From assembly GCA_013265495.1 (NCBI GenBank), contig MU058836.1, positions 248,001 through 312,000 on the forward strand: a stretch of DNA of 64,000 nt. Reading direction: 5' to 3'. The position numbers were made by a program, and so were the translations under genes. Each line of letters begins with the position of its first letter. Position 1 is the first letter of the stretch. The stretch is from Vicugna vicugna. Its lineage: Eukaryota. Under the pieces are notes generated by a model that made no database searches, was not told the DNA's origin, and worked only from the letters and a program-made list of their open reading frames with translations. This document shows positions 38,519 to 52,112 of the stretch, piece by piece.

Positions 38519-41119
38519 CTGCCAAAAGGAGAAATTTGTGGTAACCTTAACTTCTGACTTCACAGATTGCTCCATCCCAAAGCCTGCTGTATCTCCATCA
38601 GGAACAGTAAACCCAAAGGAGAAGAAAATCTTTGAACAGTTTACGGCTTCCAACTCATAGGCTGCAATTAAGATTCTAACAACATCTCACTGTGATGTTG
38701 GATGAGGACTTCCTGCATGTCAAGCCCTTTTATTATCATACATATGCTACAGACTACATCTGTAATTATCTATGCAAATGTACAGATATACTATAGATCA
38801 GCACTTACACACGTCATATGGACTGCTGTCTGATGCCACAGGTAATACCACTCTTTCAAATGAATATATACATACCTACATATACTCAATCCCAGAAGGT
38901 TGGTACACTTTACAAATGAAGAAACCAAGTCACAGAGAGGTTATGTTGACCTGCACAGCTAGTGAGCGGCAAAGGTCCAGCTAGAACCTTCCGGCAGTCT
39001 GACTCCAGAGCCCTCGCCAGCCCATCGCACACTTGCTGGGTCCACACGGGGCCAAGCCCTGTGCTACGTGTTAAATCTCTGAGCTGAATAAGGCACCGAA
39101 TAAGGCCATCATTCTTAAGAAGTTCCCAGGCTGATGGAGGAGACAGATACCTGATCACAGGAAGGTGAAACAGTGTTGACTGAGCTGGGTGTTGATAGTG
39201 ATTAGGATGATATCCCTTGGTGGATACCAGAATAAAGGACTCCACCTCCAGGAGCAGGGTGTTCAGAGGCAAGAAACAGCTGTGACAGTCATGGGGTTTC
39301 ATCAGGATGAGCCACTGCTGGGGGAGGGAGGAGCAACCTGAAATTGGAAGCGTTGGCAGAGGCAATGGATCATGAGCCTTGGATGCCAGGATACAGTCAT
39401 AACACTCTCATCCTGTGAAGATGCAGAGCTGGTGATGGCTTCAAAGCAGGAGAGCGAGGTGATGGGATGTGATGCAGAAGCAGCGCTACGAGGCTGGACT
39501 GGGGAGGGAGAGAATGGTGGGTGGAAGACCAGTTAGGACGCTCTCATAGGAGCCCATGCCAGAGCGCTTCTGCTAGAAGATGCAAATCTCTCCATTTTCT
39601 TAAATCTTCTTCCTAAAACCTTCAGTGCTCTCCATTGCCCTTGGGTTTAATGCAGATTCTGTGAGATTTTGAATAATTTGACACGTACCTGAAGTCTCCC
39701 CACTCCAGCTTCCCACCTTACATTCCAGCCACATAAAAGGAATCGATGGCATTTCAACTTGCTAGTTTTATTTACTTCCTCACATTCCATGTTTCCTGAA
39801 TGGAGTTGAGTGCATCCAGAGAGAGAGGTACCATAATGCCTATCTTACAGATGAGGAAACTGAAGCTCAGAGTATAGCAACTTACTCCAAATCGTATTTG
39901 TAAGTAGAGGTGTGGAGACAGAATGGAAATCCAGGAGCTACGAACCACCTGAGAGCATTACAATGGAAGTCACAAAAATCGAGGTTTAAATTTCATCTGT
40001 GCCACTGGCTTCTTTTAGAAAACTAGCTAACACCTCTGCACTTCAGAGTCCTCATCTGTAAAATGGGTCTATTAAGTCCCCTATCCTTGGTTGTTCGGAA
40101 AAGATGGGAAGATAGCCAATGTATAAGTATCCTGTGCTCTGTTATCATGAGAAAGCATCTTTCCACCCAACCTGCTTTTGCCTACCCATGCAAATGAGAA
40201 ATAGGATTAACTGGACCATGGATAAAAATCATGACTAACCCAGATCTTTTTAGCAAAGGATGTCAACTTTCAATAACACCATATCATGATTTTAAAAAAT
40301 TCAATGGAATCATTTCTCATCTATGTCTTCTAAACCCATTTCCACATCTCTTTGGGCAAATATAAAATATTAGTGTATGACAAGGAGAGCATGAAAGACT
40401 TCATTATCAATTAAATCACCTAAGGGTCACAGTTAAGGTCTAAGAAAATGCTGGTTGAAAGTTTCTAGCCTTCATTTCTTCTCTGAACATAGTCTGATTC
40501 AAGAACTACAAATCCCCCTGAAATTTACTGCCTTAAATGTAAAAGTTCAAAACAGATCAGATCCACCACTCGTCGGTCAGAAGATTACAGCTGAAGCCAG
40601 GAGCGATTAAAATCATCAGTCCATGTTTGGTGGTGGTGGGGAGAGAGGGGAGAATCTCTCAAGGCTTATCTCCTTCAAGAAGCTGTCCTTGATACAGGAC
40701 AAGCTCTCCCACAGTGACTGTCCAAAGCACGTGATGTTACAACCAACACTTTGGCATTCATCAGACTCACTTAAACACTTTACTGCGTTCTAGTTGGCCT
40801 CCCTGGTCCTGCATTTGGAAATCATCAATCTCTGTTGTCTACATAGTTACTCCTGAGTCTGCAGAGTAGAGTTGCCAACGTAAGCAGCAGCTCCTTTTCT
40901 ACTCCTCACCTGCATTTCAAAGCATCTTCCCTTATGATTTTTCTTTTGGGCTTACATTTAAAATCACTGGTAGGTTCTCTATCCCTGCTAATTTCTCTGT
41001 CTTCCATAGGCTATAATTTAATTCAGACCAGATCAAATTGACCCTCAAGTTTGGTAAACATCTAGGTATTTCACCTAACAAGACAATAAGTATTAAACAA
41101 TTTTTATTTAAGTTAATTT

Positions 41120-41830
41120 AATCATTTATTCATGAAATCAGAAAACCCCATTGAACACGTTCTGTGTTCAGGGTTATGCCAGAACCTGGAAGTGGATGAG
41201 ACAGAGTGAAGATGCCCACTCACAGCCTCCTTGGAGAGTCAGGCAAATCATTAACTCCCCTCAACCCAGTACAAGAGCTGTAACGTGCATGTGTGCAGCA
41301 CATCAGAGAAACAAAGCAGAGAGGGTGATGGGTTTTGTCTGAAGAGGTGTGACGGAGGGCCTCCTGAAAAAGGTGAGGTTGGAGCTGTGCTAAAAGGATG
41401 AGCAAAAACTTTCTGAGCTGAGCTGGGGCACAGAAGATGGGCTGTCCAGGCAGAAGGAACGCTGTGAGAAAGGCAGGGAGGCATGAAGCTGCTACTGTGA
41501 CTTGTCCAGGGTGACAGGAGCATGTCATGCCTGGGTGAGCAGACCTGTTAGCCAGCAACCTGATGAGAATTGGGCTCAGACTATAGAAGGCCTGGAAGGT
41601 GTCCTCCAGAGATGTTTGAGTTTGTCCAGTGAGCAATGGAACCATGGAAAGATTGCCTTGAAAAATGATTCTGCTGGCAGGATTGATAAAAAGTTCAAGG
41701 AGAGAAGCAGTTAATGAAATGGGACACCCAGCTAGATACTTACAGAGATCTAGAAAAGAGGTCCTCTCTAGAGAGATGGAAATAGAGTTAACAGGTATTT
41801 TTGGAGTAAAATTGGTACCACTTGTTGATG
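41120..41830 (-). mobile_element. L2 LINE remnant
   Basis: 'catttattcatg...ctcctgaaaaaggtgaggttggagctg...tccaggcagaaggaac...ggtaccacttgttgatgggatag'. Confidence 0.7.
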
Positions 41831-41899
41831 GGATAGATGCATCTTTGTGTTCACCAGACACATTTTGAGTTTACAACAGTCTGTAAGTTCCTTTATGCT

Positions 41900-42234
41900 C
41901 TCTCGCTCTCCGTTTTTTTAATGTCTAGTTTTTCTTCTTCTTTTTTTTTAAAATAACATCACTTCATTTTATTTTTTTTTTTTTTTTGGTGAGGGGCAAC
42001 CTTCTTTTTNNNNNNNNNNNNNNNNNNNNNNNNNNNNNNNNNNNNNNNNNNNNNNNNNNNNNNNNNNNNNNNNNNNNNNNNNNNNNNNNNNNNNNNNNNN
42101 NNNNNNNNNNNNNNNNNNNNNTTTTTTTTTTTTTTTTGGTGAGGGGAAGCAGTATTATTTATTTTTTAATGGAGGTACTGGGGACTGAACCCAGACTTCA
42201 TGCATGCTAAGCACTACTCTACCACCTTCCCCCT
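41900..42234 (-). mobile_element. Camelid SINE whose T-rich tail spans the assembly gap
   Basis: 'tggaggtactggggactgaacccag...catgctaagc'; approximate TSD aagttcc..atgct at 41885 and 42236. Confidence 0.75.
42010..42121. other. Assembly gap (112 N)
   Basis: Run of N. Confidence 1.
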
Positions 42235-43479
42235 CAAGTTCCCTAAATGCTTGAGTAAAGACCCATAATTCAAAACGCAACCCCTCCACGATCGCAAATA
42301 AACAACATTAAGGTGGGAAACACTCTTCTGAGCTCGGTCAGCAGTGCTTGGGACGGCGTTCAGGCACTGTCCTCAGCAGCTGGCTAGACGGTAGACAAGT
42401 CCCTTAGACTTGCTGGGCCTCTCGTGTGTCCCCAGTGGAAGACCTTACGGGATGATTTATCTCCAAGGCCTCCTCCTGCTCTCACACTCCGTGATAAGGG
42501 CCACCAGTCCCGGCCTTCCCAAGCTGAGTCACCTCTGAAGCAGAGATTATTGTGGGCCTGACCAGGAAACGTGAGTCCAGTCACTGCGGGAACAACCCAA
42601 GGTCCGTTCTTAGGAGTTGCGGACCCGCAGGTCGGGACCGAGGCTAGGGCAGCTGCCAGAGGCGGTCTCTCCAAGCCTCTCCCCTTCCAGTGCACAAGCA
42701 GACTGGGTGCAAGAGATCCGTTGGGGCCTCCACAGAAGAAAGAGCCCTCTGTTTCAGGTCTCGGGACTTCTCACAGTCTGTTTTTCCTGCTTGTGTCAAC
42801 TCCCACAGCCAGTTACCCTGTTTACATTGTTCCAAAGCTGCTCACAGGACCTCGCCGCAAGAATGCGGGGTTCTCAGGTGGCCCTCGCTCCACTTCCTCA
42901 TCCCCCAGCACAGCTAGGAATCCACTTGCCTCCTACAGCAGGTCCTGATACTCAGCGCCCTGACCAGTAGAGGGCTCCACCTCTGCCTGGTTCTGGCCGC
43001 CTAACTCTTAATGAGCCCCCTATGGTATCCCACCAAGCACCCCCGCAAGTCAAGGATTCCACACGGCAGCCCCATGGGGTGGACGTGACATCCCGACGCG
43101 AACGTGAGGGTTTGGTAAAGGAAACGTGGCTCATCGGAGGCTGAACTTCTAGGATGTGCCAAACCCGGATTCAGCCTGAGGTCGGTCTGATTCCCCGTCT
43201 GCTGGGCTCTCCTTCTGTGACCAGAGTTAAGCTCTAAATAACATGACGCCCAAGTGAGAACCTTCTGCAAAGCCACTAAGTACGTCTACATCTGGTGTCT
43301 TTCTTACCCAAGGAAGGCACGGTCAAGGTTACTTCAGGCCAAGGTACCCAAAGAGGTAAACAGATCGCGATTCACTTCACCAAGAGCACTGATGTTAAAA
43401 TTCAGGTTCCTTCCAATTGTTCCCAATAAAGTAGTGATTTACTGCTAACCCTCAGTATCGCGTCACTAAAATGAAGAAA

Positions 43480-43715
43480 CGCTGTGAATCAGGCTGCCCG
43501 GCTTTGAATCCTTTTCATCACGAAGTAGCCAGGTAACCTTGGCTAAATTACTAAGGCTCTCTAAGCCTCAGCTTCCCGAGTTTAAATGGGGTTGAGGCTA
43601 ATGCCCACCTCACGACGCTGTCATAAGGAGTAAATAAGATGAGGCATGTAAAGCACTTAACACAGTCTGGCATATGGCGTGAGCTTGATAAATCCCAGCC
43701 ATTATTATTATCATA
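43480..43715 (+). mobile_element. MIR SINE
   Basis: 'ctctctaagcctcagcttcc...aaatgggg...gcatgtaaagcacttaacacag'. Confidence 0.8.
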
Positions 43716-44167
43716 GTATCTTTGTGCATAAATCTATCTGCACTCTGATTGTTTTCTTAGGACCAGTTCCAATGAGTCAGATCACTGTATCAAAGGGTGG
43801 CTCTTCATGCACAGGGCTTAATTATCTTCCAGAAATTTTCACATAATTTATACCCAACAGAAGTAAATGCCACTTTCCTTCATAGCCGCGGACTCAGAAG
43901 ACAGATCAAATGCAGATGACTGTGATACAATGAAAAATGTCTGAACATCCTTCAGTTCTCACATAGAAGGACATAAACTTTCTTTTTCCTTCCTGCCTCT
44001 TCAGTCATGGGAATAACCAAGGCCCAGGCTGCTCATCGCAAAGGTTTTTAAGAGTTAGAGGAGATGGGCTTAATTCCAAACTCTGCCACTTACTGGCTGT
44101 GAGATTTTAAGCTAGTATCCTTCTCGGTACCTGAGCTTCTCGAAGAGTTGTGGGTGTGTGTGTGTTT

Positions 44168-44258
44168 GTTTTTTAATTTTAATGGAGTTACCAGGATCGA
44201 ATCCCAGACCTTGTGCATGCTAAGCATGCGCTCTACTGCTGAGCTATGACCCTCCCCC
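44168..44258 (-). mobile_element. Camelid tRNA-derived SINE
   Basis: 'ggatcgaatcccagaccttgtgcatgctaagcatgcgctctactgctgagctat'. Confidence 0.85.
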
Positions 44259-44604
44259 GTCCAAGAGGATTTGCTCCAAGAAATCATCCTTAGGCAGTAT
44301 CATCCTTTCAGATTTGTTTTAACTACATATATAGGGTAAATATGGGATAATAGCTATCAATATTTTTGGCACATTTTTCTACAAGCACATTGTATTGACA
44401 ACAATTTTTCACTTTAATATTATATAAATATTTCATGTGCCGGTATCAAATGGAGGGTAAAGCCGGCTCTACCAAAATTTTGCTGTGCCATCAAGGGTAA
44501 GTGACTACCCCATTCTGGGCCTCTTTTTCCTATCTGTAACAATGGGGGCCTTGGTCCAGATTATCTTTAATACCTATGTTTCTATCATCTTGCCTTCTCA
44601 TACA

Positions 44605-44808
44605 TCAGGATCTCCCAGCCTTGGCACTACTGACATTTTGAGCCAGATAATGTTTTGTTGTGCTGAGGAGGGGTGGCTGGCCTGAGCATTGAAGGATGTT
44701 TAGCGGCGTCCTTGGCCTCAACTACCCAAGTTGGGAGAACTAAAACTGTCTCTAGACATTGCCAGATGTCCCGAGGGTCAAAATCATCATCCCCAATTGA
44801 GAACTACT
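44605..44808 (+). mobile_element. MER20 DNA transposon
   Basis: 'ccttggcactactgacattttgagccagataat...gtctctagacattgccagatgtccc...ttgagaactac'. Confidence 0.85.
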
Positions 44809-47800
44809 TGTTATACACTTCAGAGTTTCAGGCATTGTGTGTTAGTTTAAGAGCTGGATTCGGTGCCTTTTAATATTCCTCCCAATCATAAAATTCCAAA
44901 GGCCAATGATGCTGTGACTGATTTGAACTTAAATCCACCCAAGAGCTGTGTACTTGAGAGAGGCCCTTGTCACCTCTCCTGTCTCTTTTTCCTGCTGGAT
45001 TCCATGGAGGAGATTGAATCGGTCCTTGACATCTTTGGTAGAGGTGACTGTTGAAATTTCCTAACCACAGGCTTGGGGTCTATCTGACTCAGGTGTCTTT
45101 TGGCAAATTCTTTAGCTCTTCTGAGTTTCTTCATGTGTTAAAAGTGGATGACATCTCAGAGCAGCTTGGGGCAAATGTACCTGATACCGAGGAGATGGGG
45201 GGAGGGGGAGGGGGGGGGAGGAGCAACTCCAAGTGGGAAGCTTTTGCTTTCATTCTTTCCCTCTGGAAACTGATCACCACGTGATCCCTTCCCAGCTGTA
45301 GCGTGATGGGGGGGGGTAGCAGGGAGGGCAGGGGGAGGTTTGAATCAGGCTTGCTTTTAATTTAGGTGTTTCCAGCCAGAATCAAGGAGCAGCTCCCGAG
45401 AAAAGGAGTGAACAAATGATCCAGTTAGCAGTCAGAGGAATGCTATGGACCAAGAGAGGGACTTTGGTTCCAGCTGAAAATGTCAGCAGAGCACTGGGAG
45501 AAAGGAATCTGTTTAGCAGGTGTGTTTGGAATCTGGCAGAGCGCACTGGGCCAGGGCCAGGACCACTGCACTGCTCTGAATGCCTTCTATGTTGACTCCC
45601 TGGGACTGAGAGCTGGGATTTAAAGGAGAGAACGTCTAGGGTAAACACACAACGGCCAGACAGCGGCTAGAATTTTTCCTTGGGCCTTCCGTGTCTCCTG
45701 CAGAACACCAAGAGGCCGACAACAGCAGTGTGGCCTAAGTCCTCAGCCTTCACCCACCCTCTTCTCCATCACCTGATCCAAAAGGAGCTCCGAAAATAGC
45801 TCAGAATCTGGGCCTGCCTGGGAGAGACATAAAGATCCATTTACATGGGAAGGTGACTGCTCTGAATACGCATGGCAGACGGATCTCTGCTAATGGCTCA
45901 AGGCTTCCTCAACCCTGGGGTTTATATAACTCGCTTCTACCCTCTCTCGTGGCCAGCAGAAATACCTGAGTTATCTTAATTCCAGAATGTAAATTATTCC
46001 AATTTTGAGGCCATCATTTTAAAGCTGTCAAAGTCGATATTTTTAACAGCCCAGAAAAAAAAAATTACAAATGGAAAATGTCTAAACAAGTTGTGCTGGA
46101 GGTCTTCAGACAACTTCTCGCAAAATCTGAGCTGAGATGGAGAAATAACCCCACGCTGACTCCCACAATGAGGGAGAAACATTGATTTGTCCTGTCACCA
46201 GTTTGCCTGCAGGAGAACCAATGAGAGGCCGTCCTGGCATTGATCACTTTCCATCTGTTACCTTCCACTTGCATATTACTCATTTATCATTTGGTCCTAA
46301 GATTTTTTTTAAAGAAATTAATTCCTAAAAGAATAATATTCAATACTTGGTCATGAACAGAAGAGAAAAAAATTCTGTCCTAACCTCCCCTCTTTCAAAG
46401 TTTTCATTTCTGTTTTCATTCACTTCACCCATTATTCTCTGAAAACCACTATATGCCGGGCACACACTGGAGATGCTGGGATGAGTGAGAACTTCTTCAA
46501 GATGAGGAAAGAGGCTTTCCGACAAACCACCTTGCACATGGTCAGGAAAGAAAAGGCAGCTCCTTTTTATATCTGTGCATCAGTTTCCATCCAGGTGAAT
46601 CATCATCTCTACCTTACTCACTCTCCCTGACAGAAAGTGGGGATCCAAGGATGTGAGCGGGTCGGGAGCAGAATGTGCACCATCCTGGTTCGCCTTTTGC
46701 AGGGGGAGGTAATTCAGGAGGACCTAGGGAGCCAGCCAGGTTGCAGGAATATGGCCATGCCCAAGTGGGCACCTCCACTCACCACTGCCCCAGACACCAG
46801 ACTCCGGGTGGTACCCCTGGCATAGCACTGGAAAATCTCTGTTATGGGCCCATCTCCTATTCAGACGCTGGAAAACACCCCATTCCTGCAGCTCTGAAGC
46901 AGGATTAATTGATTGGTCTCGTATGAACCTAAAAGCTGTTAAGAGCAAGGAGGATGAAAAGCAATTTAAATTGCTTTATTACCATTTTCTAGTAAAGTAC
47001 CAGTTTAGTTCTCAGCCCTACTGTGAAGCAGCGGGTTTCCAGATATTGACTGTGCTGGCATGTGCTCCTAGAAGAGAGGAAATGCCTGGGTCTGAAAAGC
47101 AGAAACATCTGCTCCGATCTCCAGCGGGCCTGTTCCTGGAGCCACTGGGGTGGGGGGGGAGGTTCCCCCTCCAGGTGGTGTCACTGCGAGCAGGAGCCGG
47201 GGAAGCACTAACAGGGGAAATTCAGGCTGCGGGTGGAGGCTCTCTCTCTTTTTTTTTTAAAGACCTCATTCACTTCATGTGGGGGCAGGGTAGGGAGAGA
47301 GATTAGAAATGGTTTTAGAAGGCAGTCTATAGACTGTCTGACAGAGGGCAGCCAAGATGCTTGTAGTGGCTGTAATGGTGACAGTAATGGCCGTCACGTG
47401 GTGCGTGTATATGCCAGGCCCTGAGCCCCTAAGTCACTGAATCCCCGAACAACCCTGCAAGATAGGGGTTACCACGACCTCCTTCTTCCAGATGAGGGAA
47501 CCGAAGCGCATGGGTTAAGTAACTTGCCCGAGTTCATCCGTGGTAAGTGCGAGTCAAGCTTTAAGCCCAGCAAGTCTAGCAGCAGAGTTCCTGGTCCTCA
47601 CCACTCCCCGTGGTAATAATGACTGCCCTGTGCTGGCTTTGGTCATTCGCACTTTTTTCTTGGATCCTAGCAAGAATACTATGAGTTGGACATTACGGTC
47701 CCCAGTTTTCAAATGGACAAACTGAAGCTGAGAGTTATGAAGTGAGTTGTTCAAGGTCATGAGGGTAAGTCATGTCAGAGCCCAGATTAACCCCCTTTTT

Positions 47801-48040
47801 ACAACAGCCTGATCCCTCACTGTGGTCTGAAAGTTCAGGCCTGGCCTATATTTTTTCTGTCAGGGATCTAACCCAGAATGTTGATAACAAATCAGTGATA
47901 GTAGTAATATGATTATTGATCATTACCATTTCTTGAGCACTTGCAATTTGATAAGCTCTCCCCTAGACATGAATTTAATCCTCACAAATCCTTGTGAGTC
48001 AGGTTTTTCTTTATTTTCTCCATAAATCAAAAAGGAGGTT

Positions 48041-48148
48041 GAGGGGTATAGCTCAGGGGTCGGGGTGTAGCTCAGTGGTAAAGTGTGTGCTTGGCATGTG
48101 TGAGGTCCTGGGTTCAATCCTCAGTACCTCCGCTAAGGGGGGAAAAAA
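48041..48148 (+). mobile_element. Camelid SINE with duplicated 5' head, inserted in a MIR
   Basis: 'gaggggtatagctcaggggtcggggtgtagctcagtggtaaag...ggttcaatcctcagtacctcc'. Confidence 0.85.
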
Positions 48149-48689
48149 GGGAAACTGAGGCTCAGAGCTATGGAGTGACTTGACCAAGGTCCCACAGCCA
48201 GTCAATGATTGCACTTAAATATGGGCCCAAGTCGTTCTGGTTCCTAAGTACAACAGCTTACCTATTGTCCTTTTCTCTTAAAACAAAGAAAAGCAAAAGA
48301 AATAAAGAAGAGCAAAAAGAAAAGCAAAAGAAACTGGTGTTAATATCTGAAATCTCTTCAGTGCCCTAGGGAAACTCACATGTAACAAAATCTTTGCCAC
48401 ACGCCTGGAGAACATAAAGTCCACGTGAACGGGAAATTTGGACTTTTTTATCCTCTCCTGTATTGCCAGCACCTATAATAATATTGGTGGAATGAACGCC
48501 TGAATTGACGTTAGGTTGTAAAAGAAACATCTTAGGAAGCTTGGGTAATTTGCAGGAGGAGCATTTCATGACACTTCTGAGAACAAATGCAATACTGGCT
48601 ACAGCTAATTCAAAGAAATGAGAGGTAGCTTTTCTAGTAATGGGCACCTTACATGTGTCCATCTGACCTAAACATTTATTTATAAGAAG

Positions 48690-49460
48690 AGAACTCAGTG
48701 GGCCACCAGCTCCCTAGTTGTTCAAACCAGAATCAGAAACCAAGCTATTGTCATCTGTCTGCCTGAACTAACACAAGTTCTTCCCATCTTAACTTCTACC
48801 TTTGACTTCTATAATCCATCCTCCATCCAGCAGTCAGGGTATGCCTCCTGAAATACAAATCAGATGATGTCATACACCCTACTGGAAAATCTTTCCTGGC
48901 TCCCCATTGAACTCTGAGTGAAATCCAAACTTCTTCCACTGGCCTCTGCCTTCCACTACCACCATTCCAAATCACCGCCCGTAACTTAGCATGCTCTGTC
49001 CACACGGGCCCTCTCTCAATGCCTCTGACAGCTATGTCCTCACCCACCTTGGACCTTGTATGTCCTATCTTCTCTGGCTGGATTCTCTTTCCTCCACTGC
49101 TCCCATTCCTGGCTCCTCTTTCTTTCCTGGCCTCAGCTTTATGTCACCTCCTGACCAAGATTTTCTCTGACCTTCCAGTCAATCTCTTCCTTTCCACCAC
49201 TCTCTCTCTCTCTCACTTATAGCTTTCTGTTTCTTCCATAGCTCTTACCAGGCGCAACTCAAAATTGTGAATTTGCTTTTTATTTGTTCTCTAGCTCCCC
49301 CACTAGGTTCTAAGCTTATGAAGGCAAAAGACTACGTCTGTTTTGTGTGTGGTTGTTGGGGAAAGGGGAGGGTGTCACCACTGACTATCAGCACCTAACT
49401 TTGTGCTTAGTTGTGTCTGGTCTTTAGTAGACACACAAAGTATTTACTGATTAAGTTAAT
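48690..49460 (+). mobile_element. L2 LINE remnant
   Basis: 'ccatcctccatccagcagtcaggg...aaatacaaatcagatgatgtca...ctaagcttatgaaggcaaaagact'. Confidence 0.75.
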
Positions 49461-49864
49461 GAAGGAGAAGAGATTATTGGAACTGGAAAAGATCACAGAG
49501 ACCCATAAACTGAAAACATATTGAGAGCAAGTTCTATGTCTTGCTCAGCTCTGTATTCCTGGCAACTTGCCCGGAAAGTTATAGAGGTAGGTATTAAATG
49601 AATGCTCATTGAATGAGAAAATGGAATGGACAAGTGAATTAACATTTCTTAAACAACTGCCATGTGTTCTAGGCAATCAACATGCACCATTTTATTTAAT
49701 CTTTCCAATAACCATATACAGTAGACACTATTACTTCTATTTTACAAATGGGATAACAAGACTCAAAAAGTTTAAGTCAAGTATCAAAGGTCACCTAATG
49801 ATACACTTCCATGTTTATCATGCTGAATGAGTCACCTCATTCAACCTGCTATTTTTATGGATTA

Positions 49865-50169
49865 AAAAACTAAAACCAATAAAGACACTCAAGAAACTAG
49901 GCATATAAAGCAATTACCTCAACATAATATAGGCCATATATGAAAACCTCACAGCTAACATTATACTCAGTGGTGAAAGGCTAAAAGTGTTTCCTCTAAG
50001 TTCAGGAATAAGTCACAATGTCTGCTTTTACCACCTCTATTCAAAATAGTGTTAGAAGTTCTAGCTAGAGTAATCAGGCAAGAAAAAGAATCCAAGTAGA
50101 AAAGGACAAACTGAAAAATCTGTTTGCAGACAACATGATCTTATTGTAGAAAACCCTAAAGATCAAACA

Positions 50170-50233
<64 letters not shown>

Positions 50234-52112
50234 CAACTACTGGAACAAATAAACAAGTTCAGCAAAGTTGCAGGATACAAAATCAATTCACAAAAATCAG
50301 TTGCATATCTATACAGTAACTATGAACAATGCAAAAAAGGAAATTAAGAAAATAATTTTACTTACAATAACATACAAAAGAATAAAATACTTAAGAAAAA
50401 ATTTAACCAAGGACTTGTAAACTGAAAACTGCAAAACAGTTTGCCAAAAGACACAAATCAATGAAAACATATCTGTGTTCATGGACTGAAACTTAGTATT
50501 GTTAAAATGTCAATACTATACAAAATGATCTAGAGTCAATGCAACCCCTATCAAAATCCCAACAATTTTTCTGCAAAATAAATCCTTTCTAAACTTCATA
50601 TGGAACCTCAAGGGAACTTGAATAGCCAAAACAGTCTCGAAAAAGAAAAAGTTGGAGGACTAAGACTTCTTGATTTCAAAACTTACTACAGATCTCCAGT
50701 AATCAAAGCAGTGTGGTACTGGCATAAAAACAGACCTACTGGCAAATGGAAGAAGAGAGAAGCCAGAAGTAAACTCCCAAATATATGGTCAAATGATTTT
50801 TGACAAGAGTGCCAAGACCATTCAACGCAGAAAGGATGGTCTTTTCAACAAATGGTACTGGGAAAACTGGATATCCACAAAAGAATGAAGCTGGATTCCT
50901 ACTTTACACCATAAACAAAAATTAAACCAAAGTGGATCCAAGACCTAAACATAGGAGCTAAAACTATAAAACTCCAAGAAAACAGAGGGGAAAAAAAATC
51001 ATCATGATATTGAATTTAGCAAAGATTTCTTGGATACAACACCAAAAGCACAAGCAACAAAAGAAAAATCAATAAATTAGACTTTATCAAAAGTAAAAAC
51101 TTTTTTTTTAAAGTACACTATCAAGAGAGTAAAAAAGCAACTCACAGAATAGGAGAACATATTTGCCAATCATATTTCTGATAAAGGATTAATAGCCAGT
51201 ATATATAAAAAAATTCTTACAACTCAACAACAGAATAAACCCTGATTTTAAAATGGGCAAAGGATTTGAATACACATTTCTTTAAAGAAGATACATAAAT
51301 AAACACAAGAAAAGATGGTCAACATCACTAGTCATCAGGAAATGCAAATCAAAACCACAATGTTATATCACTTCATACCCATTAAGATGGGAATTATCAA
51401 AAATAAAACAAAACAGAACAAGAAACAACAAGCGTTGACAAGGATATGAAGAAACTGGAACCCTCATTCACTGCTGGTGAGAATGCAGGCTGGTGCAGCT
51501 GCTATGGAAAACAATATAGCGGTTAGTCAAAAATTCAACATAGAATTACGGTATGATCCAGCAATTCCACTTCTGGGTCAATACCCAAAAGAACTGAAAG
51601 CACGGACTCAAACAGATTATCTGTACACTCATGTTCATAGCAGCCTTATTCACAATAGTCAAAAGGTGGAAACGACCCAAATGTCCATCAATGGATGAAT
51701 GGATAAACAAAATGTGGTACACCTACAATGGAAGATTATTCAGACTTAAAACGGAATGGAATTCTCATACCTACTACAACTTGGATGAAACCTGAAGATA
51801 TTAAACTAAGTGAAATAAGCCAGACACCAAAGGATAAATATTGTACGATTCTACTTACATGAGGTACTTAGTATAGTCAAATTCATAAAGACAGAAAGTA
51901 TAATGGGGTTGTCAGGGATTGAGGGGAGAGGGGAATGGGAGGTTAGTGTTTAACGGGTACAGAGTTTCAGTTTGGGATGATGAAAATGTTGTGGAGGTGG
52001 ATGGTGGTAATGATTGCACAACACTGTGAATGTACTTAGTGCCATCAAACTGTGCACTTTAAAAGGGCCAAAATGGTAAATTTTATGTTATGTATATTTT
52101 ACCACAAAAAAA
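49865..52112 (+). mobile_element. 5'-truncated L1 (L1MB-like), ORF2 3' half plus 3'UTR, with (CA)n at about 50167-50233
   Basis: ORF fragments GGLRLLDFKTYY..VIKAVWYWHKNR and IELRYDPAIPLLG; 3'UTR ends 'tatattttaccacaaaaaa'. Confidence 0.92.

Noticed and set aside
41220..41861. Longest ORF (213 aa) on minus
   Set aside because: Lies entirely within a decayed L2 remnant; no splice or family signal
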